NCBI GenBank assembly: GCA_038103905.1
Contig: JAYNZW010000003.1
Location: 62,077-114,440, forward strand
Reading direction: 5' to 3'
DNA from: Pelagibacteraceae bacterium
GTDB taxonomy: Bacteria; Pseudomonadota; Alphaproteobacteria; Pelagibacterales; AG-422-B15
Length of the DNA stretch: 52,364 nucleotides
Shown: in pieces, positions 8,436-17,865 of the stretch
Layout of the letters: each line of letters begins with the position of its first letter
Position numbering within the stretch: position 1 is the first letter of the stretch
Translations under genes and position numbers: made by a program
Notes under the pieces: generated by a model
Told to the model about the DNA's origin: nothing
Seen by the model: only the letters and a program-made list of their open reading frames with translations
Database searches by the model: none

Positions 8436-9062
8436 GTGCTTAATAAAAAGTTTATTACATTCGAGGGTGGGGAAGGTTCAGGAAAGACTACTCAAATAAA
8501 AATTTTAAAAAGAAAACTAATTAAATATGGCGATGTAATTACAACAAGAGAGCCCGGTGGTTCACCTAATGCAGAAGTGATTAGAAAACTATTAGTTAAA
8601 GGTGATAAAGATAGATGGTCAAATATTTCAGAACTTTTATTAATTAATGCCGCTAGAAGAGATCATCTAGAAAATACTATTTTAGAAGCTCTAAAGAATG
8701 GTAAGTTTGTATTGTGTGATCGATTTTTCGATTCAACAGTAGTTTATCAAGGTTATGGTAAGGGATTAGATATTAAAATGATTAATCATTTGGATAAATT
8801 AGTCACAAATAGATTAAGACCCAAAATTACATTTTTATTAAATATCAAACCTGAAGTTGGAATCGCAAGATCTAGAAGAATATCAAATAAAGAACTTAGA
8901 TATGAAAACATGCCAATTAATTATCATAAAAAAATAAATTCTTCATTTTTAAAAATTGCAAAAGAAAACGCCAAAAGATTTGTAGTTATTGATGCATCTA
9001 AAGATAAAGATCAAATAAGTGATTTGATATGGAATACAGTAAAAAAAAGGTTACTTTCTTGA
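8436..9062 (+). CDS. tmk: Thymidylate kinase
   Basis: FEGGEGSGKTT, TREPGG, CDRFFDST.VYQG. Confidence 0.97.
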   Translation: MLNKKFITFEGGEGSGKTTQIKILKRKLIKYGDVITTREPGGSPNAEVIRKLLVKGDKDRWSNISELLLINAARRDHLENTILEALKNGKFVLCDRFFDSTVVYQGYGKGLDIKMINHLDKLVTNRLRPKITFLLNIKPEVGIARSRRISNKELRYENMPINYHKKINSSFLKIAKENAKRFVVIDASKDKDQISDLIWNTVKKRLLS

Positions 9063-9067
9063 ATTAA

Positions 9068-10000
9068 ATGAAAATTTTAGGGAATCAAAATAAAATTAAT
9101 CTAATAAAAAAACTTATAACTAAAAACCAATTTCCAAATTCATTAATTTTAATTGGTCAGAAAGGTATAGGTAAATCTTTAATTGCAAAAAATATTGCGC
9201 TTTGTCTGACTGATAAAATCTCTCTTAATGAATTAGAAATTATAAACCATAAATCAAACCAAAATATTCTTGTAATAAATAAAGATCTCAGAGATGAAAA
9301 AAAACAAAACAAACAACTTATATATAGAGACGACACAGCTCATATAAATGAATTTTTTAAGACTAAAAATGAAGTAAATTTAAAAAGAGTATGTATTATT
9401 GACTCGATTGATGATTTATCAATAGATGCTATTAATTCTCTTTTAAAAATTATTGAAGAACCAAAAATTAATAATCATTTTATTTTGATATCACATGATA
9501 ATAAAAAATTATTACCAACAATTATTTCTAGGTCATTTACAGTGAAACTTAATAACTTTAAAAAAAATGACTACACTTCTATAATAAATGAAATAGATGA
9601 CCTAAAAACAACTGATCACTCATACTTGTATGAGCTTACTCGAGGGTCGATTCATATATCAAGAAACTTTATCTATAACGATTTCAGAGATATTGATGGT
9701 CATTTAGAGAAAGTTTTAGATGTTAAGGAAAATATAAAATCAAATACTGCATATCATTACATTAATTTCTTAAATGATAAAGGAGGAGAGAAAGATCTAA
9801 TTGTTTCTTTTTTTGATTATTTAATACTTAAAAATTCACTTTTTATTAAAAAAAGAATTAATAATTTAAGAGCTGCTAAAATAAATCACTTTATTAATGT
9901 TATTGATGAATTAAAAAAGCTAAAGGAAAGATATATTACTTTTAATATATCTTATGAACATATACTAATACATTACTTTAATCGCTTAAAACAACAATGA
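9068..10000 (+). CDS. holB: DNA polymerase III delta' subunit (divergent)
   Basis: GQKGIGKS, IIDSID, NSLLKIIEEP, LLPTIISR; lies between tmk and metG. Confidence 0.88.
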   Translation: MKILGNQNKINLIKKLITKNQFPNSLILIGQKGIGKSLIAKNIALCLTDKISLNELEIINHKSNQNILVINKDLRDEKKQNKQLIYRDDTAHINEFFKTKNEVNLKRVCIIDSIDDLSIDAINSLLKIIEEPKINNHFILISHDNKKLLPTIISRSFTVKLNNFKKNDYTSIINEIDDLKTTDHSYLYELTRGSIHISRNFIYNDFRDIDGHLEKVLDVKENIKSNTAYHYINFLNDKGGEKDLIVSFFDYLILKNSLFIKKRINNLRAAKINHFINVIDELKKLKERYITFNISYEHILIHYFNRLKQQ

Positions 10001-11526
10001 GTCAAAAAAAAGAGTTTTTTACTACTCCAATTTATTATGTAAATGATGTTCCTCATATAGGACATGCTTATACTTCAATTGCCGTTGATTTTCTTGCTAG
10101 ATTCAGTCGATTAAATGGTAATGAAGTTAGGTTTTTAACTGGAACAGATGAACATGGACTTAAAATTCAAAAAGCAGCTGAAATAGCGTCAATATCACCG
10201 ATAGATCTATGTAATAAAAATTCAATAATTTTTAGAGAATTAACTAAAAAATTAAATTTATCAAATGATGATTTTATTAGAACAACAGAAACTCGTCATA
10301 AAAGTGGAGCATCACATTTATGGAAACTATTATTTGAAAATGGAGATATTTATTTGGATGAATATACTGGATGGTATTCAGTTAATGATGAAACTTTTTA
10401 CAATGAAAAAGATTTAATTAAGCAAGAAAATGGTTCCTTCAAAACAATAACAGGTGGTCCAGTTGAATGGATAAAAGAAGAATCTTATTTTTTTAAGTTA
10501 TCAAAATATCAAGAAAGGTTACTTGATTATTATGATAAGCACCCTGACTTTATATTGCCTGAGACTAAAAGAAATGAGGTAATTAATTTTGTTAAAGGTG
10601 GTTTAAGAGACCTATCTGTATCAAGAACATCCTTTAATTGGGGCATAAGTGTACCCAATGATCCAAATCATATTATGTATGTATGGCTTGATGCTCTAAC
10701 CAGCTATCCTAATTCAATTAATTTTTTGACAGATAATCAAGATGAAATGAGTTCATTTTGGTCTAATGCAACTCATATTGTAGGAAAAGATATTCTTAGA
10801 CATCATGCTGTATATTGGCCTGCTTTTTTAATTGCTGCAAAACTTGAATTACCAAAAAGAATATATGCACATGGATGGTGGACTAATGAAGGTAATAAAA
10901 TATCAAAATCATTAGGTAATGTAATAGACCCTGTATTAATTATAAATGAATATGGCCTTGATCAATTCAGATATTTTGTTTTAAGAGAGGTACCATTTGG
11001 AAATGATGGCGATTTCTCAATTAAAGCTCTAAAAAACAGAATCAATTCTGACTTAGCAAATGACTTAGGCAATCTATGTCAGAGATCACTTACTATGATT
11101 GAAAAAAGTTTTGACTCAATTATTCCAAGTCCATCTAATTTAACAGATGATAATATTGATTTAATAAAGAATTTTAACCACAGATTAGAACATCTAATTG
11201 ATAAGATTAGCGTGCAAGATATTACGGGCTACATCAAGAATGTATGGGAGCTAATTTCATTATCAAATAAATTTTTTAATGACAGTAAACCATGGGAACT
11301 TAAAAAGAATAATGAAAATGAGTATAAAAACGTCTTATACGTTACAGCAAACTTAATAAAACAAATTGGAATTTTGATTAATCCTATAATGCCTGAAACA
11401 TCAGAAAAGATTTTATATATGTTAAATATCAATGATATTAATCAATTTCATCAAATAAATGATATTGATATATCAGGAATCAAATTAAATGAAATTACAC
11501 CGTTATTTCCTAGAGTAGATAAATGA
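9997..11526 (+). CDS. metG: Methionyl-tRNA synthetase (short monomeric form)
   Basis: TTPIYYVN.VPHIGH, GTDEHG, YVWLDAL, GKDILRHH, KISKS. Confidence 0.98.
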   Translation: MSQKKEFFTTPIYYVNDVPHIGHAYTSIAVDFLARFSRLNGNEVRFLTGTDEHGLKIQKAAEIASISPIDLCNKNSIIFRELTKKLNLSNDDFIRTTETRHKSGASHLWKLLFENGDIYLDEYTGWYSVNDETFYNEKDLIKQENGSFKTITGGPVEWIKEESYFFKLSKYQERLLDYYDKHPDFILPETKRNEVINFVKGGLRDLSVSRTSFNWGISVPNDPNHIMYVWLDALTSYPNSINFLTDNQDEMSSFWSNATHIVGKDILRHHAVYWPAFLIAAKLELPKRIYAHGWWTNEGNKISKSLGNVIDPVLIINEYGLDQFRYFVLREVPFGNDGDFSIKALKNRINSDLANDLGNLCQRSLTMIEKSFDSIIPSPSNLTDDNIDLIKNFNHRLEHLIDKISVQDITGYIKNVWELISLSNKFFNDSKPWELKKNNENEYKNVLYVTANLIKQIGILINPIMPETSEKILYMLNINDINQFHQINDIDISGIKLNEITPLFPRVDK

Positions 11527-12296
11527 TAGTCGATAGCCATTGCCACCTTTCATATAAAAATAAACTTGAAAATATTGATGAAATAATTCACGCAGCCGAT
11601 ATTGCTGGTGTAAAAAAGTTTTTAAATATTTCTACTAATTTTAAAGACTTCGAAAATTTAATTAATATTTCAAAAAAATATACAAATATATACTTTACAT
11701 TAGGTGTTCATCCACATGAAGCAGATCAAACAACTGAAGAGATTATTTATGAAATAAAGAGAAACGTGGATAATCCTAAGTTATTAGCTATTGGAGAAAC
11801 TGGTTTAGATTTTTATTATAATCACTCTGATAAAAAAAATCAGATTCGTTCTCTAGAAATGCATATTGAACTTTCTCAAGAGACACAGCTTCCATTGGTA
11901 ATACATATGAGAGATGCTGAGGAAGAAATACTAAGTATTTTTAAAAAAAAAATTATAAATAAAAATTTTACAGGTGTTATACATTGTTTTACCGGTTCTC
12001 AGAATTTTGCAAATAAAATGCTTGAATTAGATTTTTATATTTCAGCAAGTGGGATAATTACTTTTAAGAAATCTGAAGAATTAAGAAATATTTTTAAGAC
12101 TATTCCTGATGATAGATTGTTAGTTGAAACTGACTCACCTTATTTATCTCCCGAGCCATTAAGAGGAAAAATAAATCAGCCATCACATATAATTCATACA
12201 TTAAGAGTATTAGCTGATATAAGAAATGATGATTATGATAAATTATGCTTAAAGACAGCTAATAATTTTGATAATTTGTTTCATAAAAGGAAATAA
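11523..12296 (+). CDS. tatD: TatD family nuclease
   Basis: DSHCH, GVHPH, IGETGLD, HCFTG, ETDSPY. Confidence 0.95.
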   Translation: MIVDSHCHLSYKNKLENIDEIIHAADIAGVKKFLNISTNFKDFENLINISKKYTNIYFTLGVHPHEADQTTEEIIYEIKRNVDNPKLLAIGETGLDFYYNHSDKKNQIRSLEMHIELSQETQLPLVIHMRDAEEEILSIFKKKIINKNFTGVIHCFTGSQNFANKMLELDFYISASGIITFKKSEELRNIFKTIPDDRLLVETDSPYLSPEPLRGKINQPSHIIHTLRVLADIRNDDYDKLCLKTANNFDNLFHKRK

Positions 12297-12300
12297 ATTT

Positions 12301-12693
12301 ATGATAGTAAAAATACCTGTTTCTGTTGGTGAATTAATCGATAAGATTACTATCCTAGAGATTAAAAATAAAAAAATTAAAGACAAAAAAAAACTAATTA
12401 ATATAAAATTAGAGCTTAAACTTCTTAACGATTTTGTTAAAAAAAAGAAACTTAATTCCAAGTTAATTAAAAATCTTAAGCTTAAGTTATTTAAAGTTAA
12501 TCAAAACTTATGGCTTGTGGAAGATAAGCTCAGAGATCATGAATACAAAAATAAGTTCAATCAATCATTTATCACACTTGCAAGAAAAGTGTACTTTTTA
12601 AATGATCAAAGATCTGTAATTAAAAAAAATATAAATGAAAGCTTTGGATCTAAGATAGTAGAAGAAAAATCTTATAAACAATATAAACGTTAG
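12301..12693 (+). CDS. DUF6165 family protein
   Basis: PVSVGELIDKITILEIK, N..LW.VED.LR, F..LAR.VY..ND.R..IK, S.IVEEKSY; start taken at ATG 12301. Confidence 0.85.
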   Translation: MIVKIPVSVGELIDKITILEIKNKKIKDKKKLINIKLELKLLNDFVKKKKLNSKLIKNLKLKLFKVNQNLWLVEDKLRDHEYKNKFNQSFITLARKVYFLNDQRSVIKKNINESFGSKIVEEKSYKQYKR

Positions 12694-13932
12694 TTAGAGT
12701 TCAATTATTTCAACATTTGGTAGAGCAAATATTAATTTTTTTCCTTTAAATTTATCATTATTTAGGAAAAAATTTTTAAAATGCCATGGTATTACAAGCA
12801 GATATTCATATTTATCAATTACATCGTTTTCTTTTATTATTGGTATATTTGAACCTGGTGTAAAACATCCAACTTTCTCCTCATTTACTTCACCGATACA
12901 TTCTATCATTGATCTGTCTATATCACAGTATTGAAGCATTACATTTCCTTTTGTGGAAGCACCTATACCAGCAATTGAATAACCTCTGTTTTTAAGATCT
13001 GATAATATTTCATTTATCTGAATTTTTGTTTTGTCAATATTTTGTTTAAAGTTTTCAAATGTACCAATATCATTTAAGAACTCTTCTTTTTTTATAAGTG
13101 AATTAAGATTTTGAAATTCAATAAAATCACTATTTTTATGGGAAATAGTGAGAGAAAAACTTCCACCATTAATATCATTAAATTCTACATCAATAATTTT
13201 AAGATCAAGAGCATCAGTCATTTTTTTAATATCATTTAAAGCATAATATTCATAATGCTCATGACATACTGTATCATATGAGTTCGTTTCAAGCATAAAT
13301 GGCAAGTAGCTTTGTTCTACAATCCAAACTCCATTTGAGTCTAATATAGATTTAATTTCTTTCATAAAGTCAAAAGGTTTTGGTAAGTCATAAAACATTG
13401 ATAATGAAATTATTACTTTTGCTTTTTTTGAATTATAAATTTTTTTAAATAGCTCTTCTGAGAAAAAATTAGAAATTACAGAAATTTCCTTAGAATAATA
13501 ACTAATAAAGTTCTTTGCAGTGGGGTCAATTCCAATCAACTCGAGATTGCTATTCTTAAAAAAATTTAGAGTAGTTCCGTCATTGCTGCCAATATCAAGA
13601 ATAATATCATTATTATTAAGTGAAATTATTGATTTTATTTTTTCAGTTTTTTCTTCTAAGTGCTTAACCATACTGGCATTAAGACCTGATCTATAGCCAT
13701 AATCTTCGCCATACATAATATCGCGATTAAAATTATATTTCATTTGAACAAGGCCGCACGAGTCTTTTCCAACACATTTAATAAGGGCTAGGGGGGCGCT
13801 AATTAGCTTTTGATTCTCTGATTTAGGAAAAATACCTGACAGATATTGATCGCCCAAGGACAATACTTCTAGAAGATCTGAGTTATTGCAAATTCTACAA
13901 AATTTTTGTTCGGTATAATTGACTTCGCTCAC
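12694..13932 (-). CDS. NDP-hexose C-methyltransferase (Zn-binding, TcaB9/EryBIII/NovU-like)
   Basis: N-terminal CRIC...C....C zinc site, YGYRSG, DIGSNDG SAM motif, HEHYEYY, GGS, GASTKGN, PGSNIPI. Confidence 0.88.
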   Translation of the reverse strand: MSEVNYTEQKFCRICNNSDLLEVLSLGDQYLSGIFPKSENQKLISAPLALIKCVGKDSCGLVQMKYNFNRDIMYGEDYGYRSGLNASMVKHLEEKTEKIKSIISLNNNDIILDIGSNDGTTLNFFKNSNLELIGIDPTAKNFISYYSKEISVISNFFSEELFKKIYNSKKAKVIISLSMFYDLPKPFDFMKEIKSILDSNGVWIVEQSYLPFMLETNSYDTVCHEHYEYYALNDIKKMTDALDLKIIDVEFNDINGGSFSLTISHKNSDFIEFQNLNSLIKKEEFLNDIGTFENFKQNIDKTKIQINEILSDLKNRGYSIAGIGASTKGNVMLQYCDIDRSMIECIGEVNEEKVGCFTPGSNIPIIKENDVIDKYEYLLVIPWHFKNFFLNNDKFKGKKLIFALPNVEIIEL

Positions 13933-14001
13933 AATTATATATTTTTTTTAATTATTAAATTTATGTGTATATGATATTGTGTTTATTTAATACATAAATT
14001 T

Positions 14002-15012
14002 ATGATCGCATTAATAATAGGGATTACAGGTCAAGACGGGGCGTACCTGAGTAAATATTTGCTTGAAAAGGGCTATAAGGTCTATGGAACCGCAAGAAGA
14101 AGCTCAACGGATAGTTATTTTCGGTTAGACTATTTAGGCATCAGTAAAGATGTTGAGATCATTGACTTTGATCTATTAGAATCATCAAACATTCAAAGGA
14201 CAATAAAAAAGATAAAGCCCAATGAAGTATATAACCTTGGAGCACAAAGCTTCGTTCCAACATCCTTTGAATTGCCTATATTAACTACTGATATTAATGC
14301 TTTAGGCGTAGTAAGAATTCTTGATGCCATATTAAATATTGATAAGTCGATCAGGTTTTACCAAGCCTCTACATCTGAAATGTTTGGTAAAGTTACCTCA
14401 ACACCCCAAAATGAATTAACAAGATTTTACCCTAGAAGCCCTTACGCCGTATCAAAAGTTTTCTCTCATTATATTACAATTAACTATCGTGAATCGTATG
14501 ATTTATTTGCATGCTCGGGTATTTTATTCAACCATGAATCTCCTCTCAGAGGTGAAGAATTTGTTACAAAAAAAATTGCAAGGTCTATGGTAGAAATTAA
14601 AAATGGATTACGTGATCAAATGCTTATTGGAAATATTGATGTTAAACGTGACTGGGGATTCGCAGGTGACTATGTAGATGCAATGTGGAGAATGTTAAAC
14701 TCTAAATCAGCGAAAGACTATGTGATTTCATCAGAAAAAACTCATTCAGTAAGAAATTTTATTGATAAAACCTGTGAAATTTTAGGCATAAAATGTGAAT
14801 GGCGAGGAGAGGGTATTGATGCAAAACTTTTCAACACAGAGACAAACAAGATCATAGTAAAAGTGGATAAAACTTTTTTTAGACCTGCTGAAGTTGATTT
14901 ATTGCTTGGCGATTCAACTCTTGCAAAAAAAGATCTTAACTGGAAACCAAAGGTTACATTTGATCAACTAATAGAAATGATGGTTAAATATGAGTCAGAA
15001 AAAATTTTATGA
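14002..15012 (+). CDS. gmd: GDP-mannose 4,6-dehydratase
   Basis: GITGQDGAYL, YNLGAQS, QASTSEMFG, YPRSPYAVSK, GILFNHESP.RG..FVT.KI, RDWG, RPAEVD.L.GD. Confidence 0.97.
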   Translation: MIALIIGITGQDGAYLSKYLLEKGYKVYGTARRSSTDSYFRLDYLGISKDVEIIDFDLLESSNIQRTIKKIKPNEVYNLGAQSFVPTSFELPILTTDINALGVVRILDAILNIDKSIRFYQASTSEMFGKVTSTPQNELTRFYPRSPYAVSKVFSHYITINYRESYDLFACSGILFNHESPLRGEEFVTKKIARSMVEIKNGLRDQMLIGNIDVKRDWGFAGDYVDAMWRMLNSKSAKDYVISSEKTHSVRNFIDKTCEILGIKCEWRGEGIDAKLFNTETNKIIVKVDKTFFRPAEVDLLLGDSTLAKKDLNWKPKVTFDQLIEMMVKYESEKIL

Positions 15013-16116
15013 TTTATAAAGATTTTTAATTATTATTAGCAACTCCTCAACACTATTTAAAATAACTTGTTCATTCACTGAGCTTTTTGGATAATATTTT
15101 TTTAAATATTCTTTTTTGTTTTTATGTATTAAATCAATGACAGGGACATCATTTATACTGGAAAAATGTGTAAGGCTCCCATGATTAGTGATAACTAAAG
15201 ACGCATTTAATGAAAGTAGTATTAATTTTTCTATATCAAGGTCTTTAAATATTGCCACATTCTTCATTTTATCGCTTGATGTCAAAGAAATATTAAAATC
15301 TGTATTCTTATTTTTTTTATATAAATATTTCTTATAAATAAAGTCACTATGCGAGTTTTCACTAGCTCCCTCAGAAATAATAATTTTTACGTTTAAAGAT
15401 TTTATAATCTTATCAATTAAATTATCTAAATCATGAGGTGACCAATTGGTATTAGACCATTTTTCATCAATATGGAGGAGTATAAAATCTGATGTATTAT
15501 TTATTTCATTTAAGGATTTTATGAGAATATTATTTAAATTTTCATCAATTGTTTTGACATATTTTTTATCTTTTTGTGCTATAGAAAGATTCTTATTGAA
15601 TATTTTTTGGTAAGCTTTTTTAAATAAGTCCAAATAAAAATCAGACCAGTGATCGACATAGATATTTTTAAAATTATCTCTTTGATCTATTACTACATAA
15701 TCATCGAGAAGATAATTAGTGATAAATTTGAACGGTCTATATCTTTTTTTGAAGTAATTTGATGAATTTATTGTTACAAGTCCAAAATTATTTTTACAAA
15801 AGATTTTTGATATCAAATAACTCTGCAATTTCTGTCTGTATATTAATGAAACAGATGGATTAAATTTATGTATTTTTCTAACTAAATAATAGAGAGAGTA
15901 GGCTCTTCCAAAACGCTTATTTTGATCAATATTATAAGTGTCATCTACTAGATTTTCCCTCAATAATAACTCTGCATATGATTTGTTTCTACTAGATGAA
16001 ATTAGTAAAATGTTACTTTTTTTATCGTATTTTTTAATAAGCTTTAAAACTGGAGTAATTAACAATAAATCTCCAACTCCATCATCTCTAAATATTAAAT
16101 AATTGTTATATTTCAT
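15007..16116 (-). CDS. Glycosyltransferase family 9 (heptosyltransferase-like), divergent
   Basis: IFR.DGVGDLLL.TP N-terminal motif; HIDEKW; C-terminal VITNHGSLTH....DVP (NDSGP.H-like). Confidence 0.75.
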   Translation of the reverse strand: MKYNNYLIFRDDGVGDLLLITPVLKLIKKYDKKSNILLISSSRNKSYAELLLRENLVDDTYNIDQNKRFGRAYSLYYLVRKIHKFNPSVSLIYRQKLQSYLISKIFCKNNFGLVTINSSNYFKKRYRPFKFITNYLLDDYVVIDQRDNFKNIYVDHWSDFYLDLFKKAYQKIFNKNLSIAQKDKKYVKTIDENLNNILIKSLNEINNTSDFILLHIDEKWSNTNWSPHDLDNLIDKIIKSLNVKIIISEGASENSHSDFIYKKYLYKKNKNTDFNISLTSSDKMKNVAIFKDLDIEKLILLSLNASLVITNHGSLTHFSSINDVPVIDLIHKNKKEYLKKYYPKSSVNEQVILNSVEELLIIIKNLYKS

Positions 16117-16207
16117 ATATTTATCAAGTTTTTTTAACTAAGTACTTTCATTTAATTTATTATATTAATTATACTGTTTATATTATTGATTTTATTATAT
16201 TATTATA

Positions 16208-16235
16208 ATTTTACATAATATATATTATGCGAATT
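16208..16235 (-). other. dif: dif site (XerC/XerD chromosome-dimer resolution site)
   Basis: Minus strand reads AATTCGCATAA-TATATA-TTATGTAAAAT, an 11-6-11 layout close to E. coli dif GGTGCGCATAA-TGTATA-TTATGTTAAAT; intergenic; nearby core operons converge on it. Confidence 0.88.
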
Positions 16236-16337
16236 AATGATAATAACATATTTAAATATATATAAAAAAAGATCTTTTTATACATCCTACTCAGTGTCAA
16301 TATTAATATTAATAAATATAAAACATGGAGTTAATTT

Positions 16338-16721
16338 ATGAGTGAATTTGAAGCCTTAAACCTTATGTATCTTGGGTTTACATTTAATGCACTATACACA
16401 CTTGGATTCGTACTATTTACATGGCTTGGGTTTAGAATGGCGAGGAATATCTACGAAGATTCTTCAGCAACTATGCTTGGAAAAGTATTTACATCTATCT
16501 ATTGCTTATTTGTTGCATTTTTCTTCATTCAGTCAAATATGATTGGCGGTGGCATTCTACAGTCATACACTGCAATTTTAGTTGAAATGGGCTCTTCTTC
16601 TGGCGAAAGATTGTCTTCATACGCTGATTCACCCACTATATTAGGTGGTCCTGTTCAGACAATATTTCATTTGTTCATATTGGTATTTCAGCTTGCTGTA
16701 GTTTGGACTAAAAAGAAATAA
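16338..16721 (+). CDS. Hypothetical membrane protein with about 3 TM helices
   Basis: GGAG Shine-Dalgarno at 16327-16330, three hydrophobic segments, basic C-terminal KKK, own terminator. Confidence 0.8.
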   Translation: MSEFEALNLMYLGFTFNALYTLGFVLFTWLGFRMARNIYEDSSATMLGKVFTSIYCLFVAFFFIQSNMIGGGILQSYTAILVEMGSSSGERLSSYADSPTILGGPVQTIFHLFILVFQLAVVWTKKK

Positions 16722-16733
16722 ATATTAAGATTT

Positions 16734-16760
16734 GGAGGGGCACTGTGTCCCTCCTCTTCT
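16734..16760 (+). terminator. Probable intrinsic terminator hairpin
   Basis: GGAGGGGCA-ctg-TGTCCCTCC stem followed by TCTTCT, directly after the 16338-16721 gene; may also serve the convergent operon. Confidence 0.7.
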
Positions 16761-16797
16761 GATGCAAGTTATATCGTCGACTTAGTAAGTTGTTAAT

Positions 16798-17865
16798 TTA
16801 CTTATACAAGTGAATCGGCCAATTATATTTTGTTTTTAAATTGCTTAGGTTTTCACCAAATAGACAATCAAGAAAATAATTTGTTACAACTTTTTCATTA
16901 CAATATGTATGAAGCTTATTGTAACCAGCTTTGGCAATTTTTAGAGACTCATCTTTATTTTTTTTATAATGATTTATTTTTTCGAGAAGATCTTCAATTC
17001 CATCAAAGAATACCGCCTCTTTGTTATCATTTAAAAATTCATTAAATTGAGTATCTTTCTCAATAAATAGCATTAGTCCGTTACCTCCATATTGTGCAAT
17101 TCTGTCTGATAAACAATATTTTAATTGCGGCTTTCTTTGTAAACAGAGACCCATATAACAAGAACTAATTTCATTGTTAAATTCTTCTGCCCAAACAGGG
17201 CTAATGTTGTTAAATCCAAAAAAGTTAGATTTTATGTTTATATTTGCAGCAATTATTTCTTTTGCAAAAATAACTCTTGGATCATTAATTTCTTTTTTTG
17301 TATTTTTTTTTCTTAATTTACCAGTACCTACTCCATGAGACAGTGCAAAAAAAATATCGTTCTTATGCTCAGAATTGTTGAAAATTTTTAAATTTTCAAT
17401 CGTTGAATCAACAATATTAGGAAAAAAAGTAATGAAGTTACCTGATACACATTCAGATAATTTAATATCGGCAGTTGTTGAAAAGATACCATCGAGATAT
17501 CTTGATCTTGTTTTTAATTTATGTTCAGTATTATCAAGCTTATAATTATCAACATTCCATTCAGCGATTTTGATATTCGGATTGATGCTCCTTATTTTTT
17601 CAAGTGTTTCTAGATGTATTCTATCTGCATGGCCTAACAGAACTATATCCGGGCAATAAATTTTGACAGTTTCAAGAATTGATGATTGAAGTTTTTTGTT
17701 ATTATTAAACTTATTTAATAAGTCAGATCTGGATCTATCTCTTTCACTAAAATTGTATACATTATGACCATTTCTGATTAAACCGTTTGATATCTTATAA
17801 CATTGATTCCAATATAGTCTGCCATTATGTTTATCTCCAAAGTTAGATATATGTAAAATTTTCAT
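16798..17865 (-). CDS. Glycosyltransferase (GT-B, Glyco_trans_1_2/CgeB-like), LPS/surface polysaccharide
   Basis: KI.NGLIRNGH.V..FS.RD, WNVD, F.PN.VD, SDRIAQY.GNG, IAK.GY. Confidence 0.8.
   Translation of the reverse strand: MKILHISNFGDKHNGRLYWNQCYKISNGLIRNGHNVYNFSERDRSRSDLLNKFNNNKKLQSSILETVKIYCPDIVLLGHADRIHLETLEKIRSINPNIKIAEWNVDNYKLDNTEHKLKTRSRYLDGIFSTTADIKLSECVSGNFITFFPNIVDSTIENLKIFNNSEHKNDIFFALSHGVGTGKLRKKNTKKEINDPRVIFAKEIIAANINIKSNFFGFNNISPVWAEEFNNEISSCYMGLCLQRKPQLKYCLSDRIAQYGGNGLMLFIEKDTQFNEFLNDNKEAVFFDGIEDLLEKINHYKKNKDESLKIAKAGYNKLHTYCNEKVVTNYFLDCLFGENLSNLKTKYNWPIHLYK

Noticed and set aside
9997-11526. MetG without zinc-knuckle cysteines or C-terminal domain
   Set aside because: This is the ordinary alphaproteobacterial form.
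16117-16337. CtrA boxes and other short AT-only palindromes here and in other intergenic gaps
   Set aside because: Expected by chance at this AT content; no well-placed exact TTAA-N7-TTAA could be supported.
16761-16800. Second dif-like site that would bracket the orphan gene as a dif module/IMEX
   Set aside because: No convincing XerC/XerD arm pair was found by eye downstream of the terminator or at the island edges.
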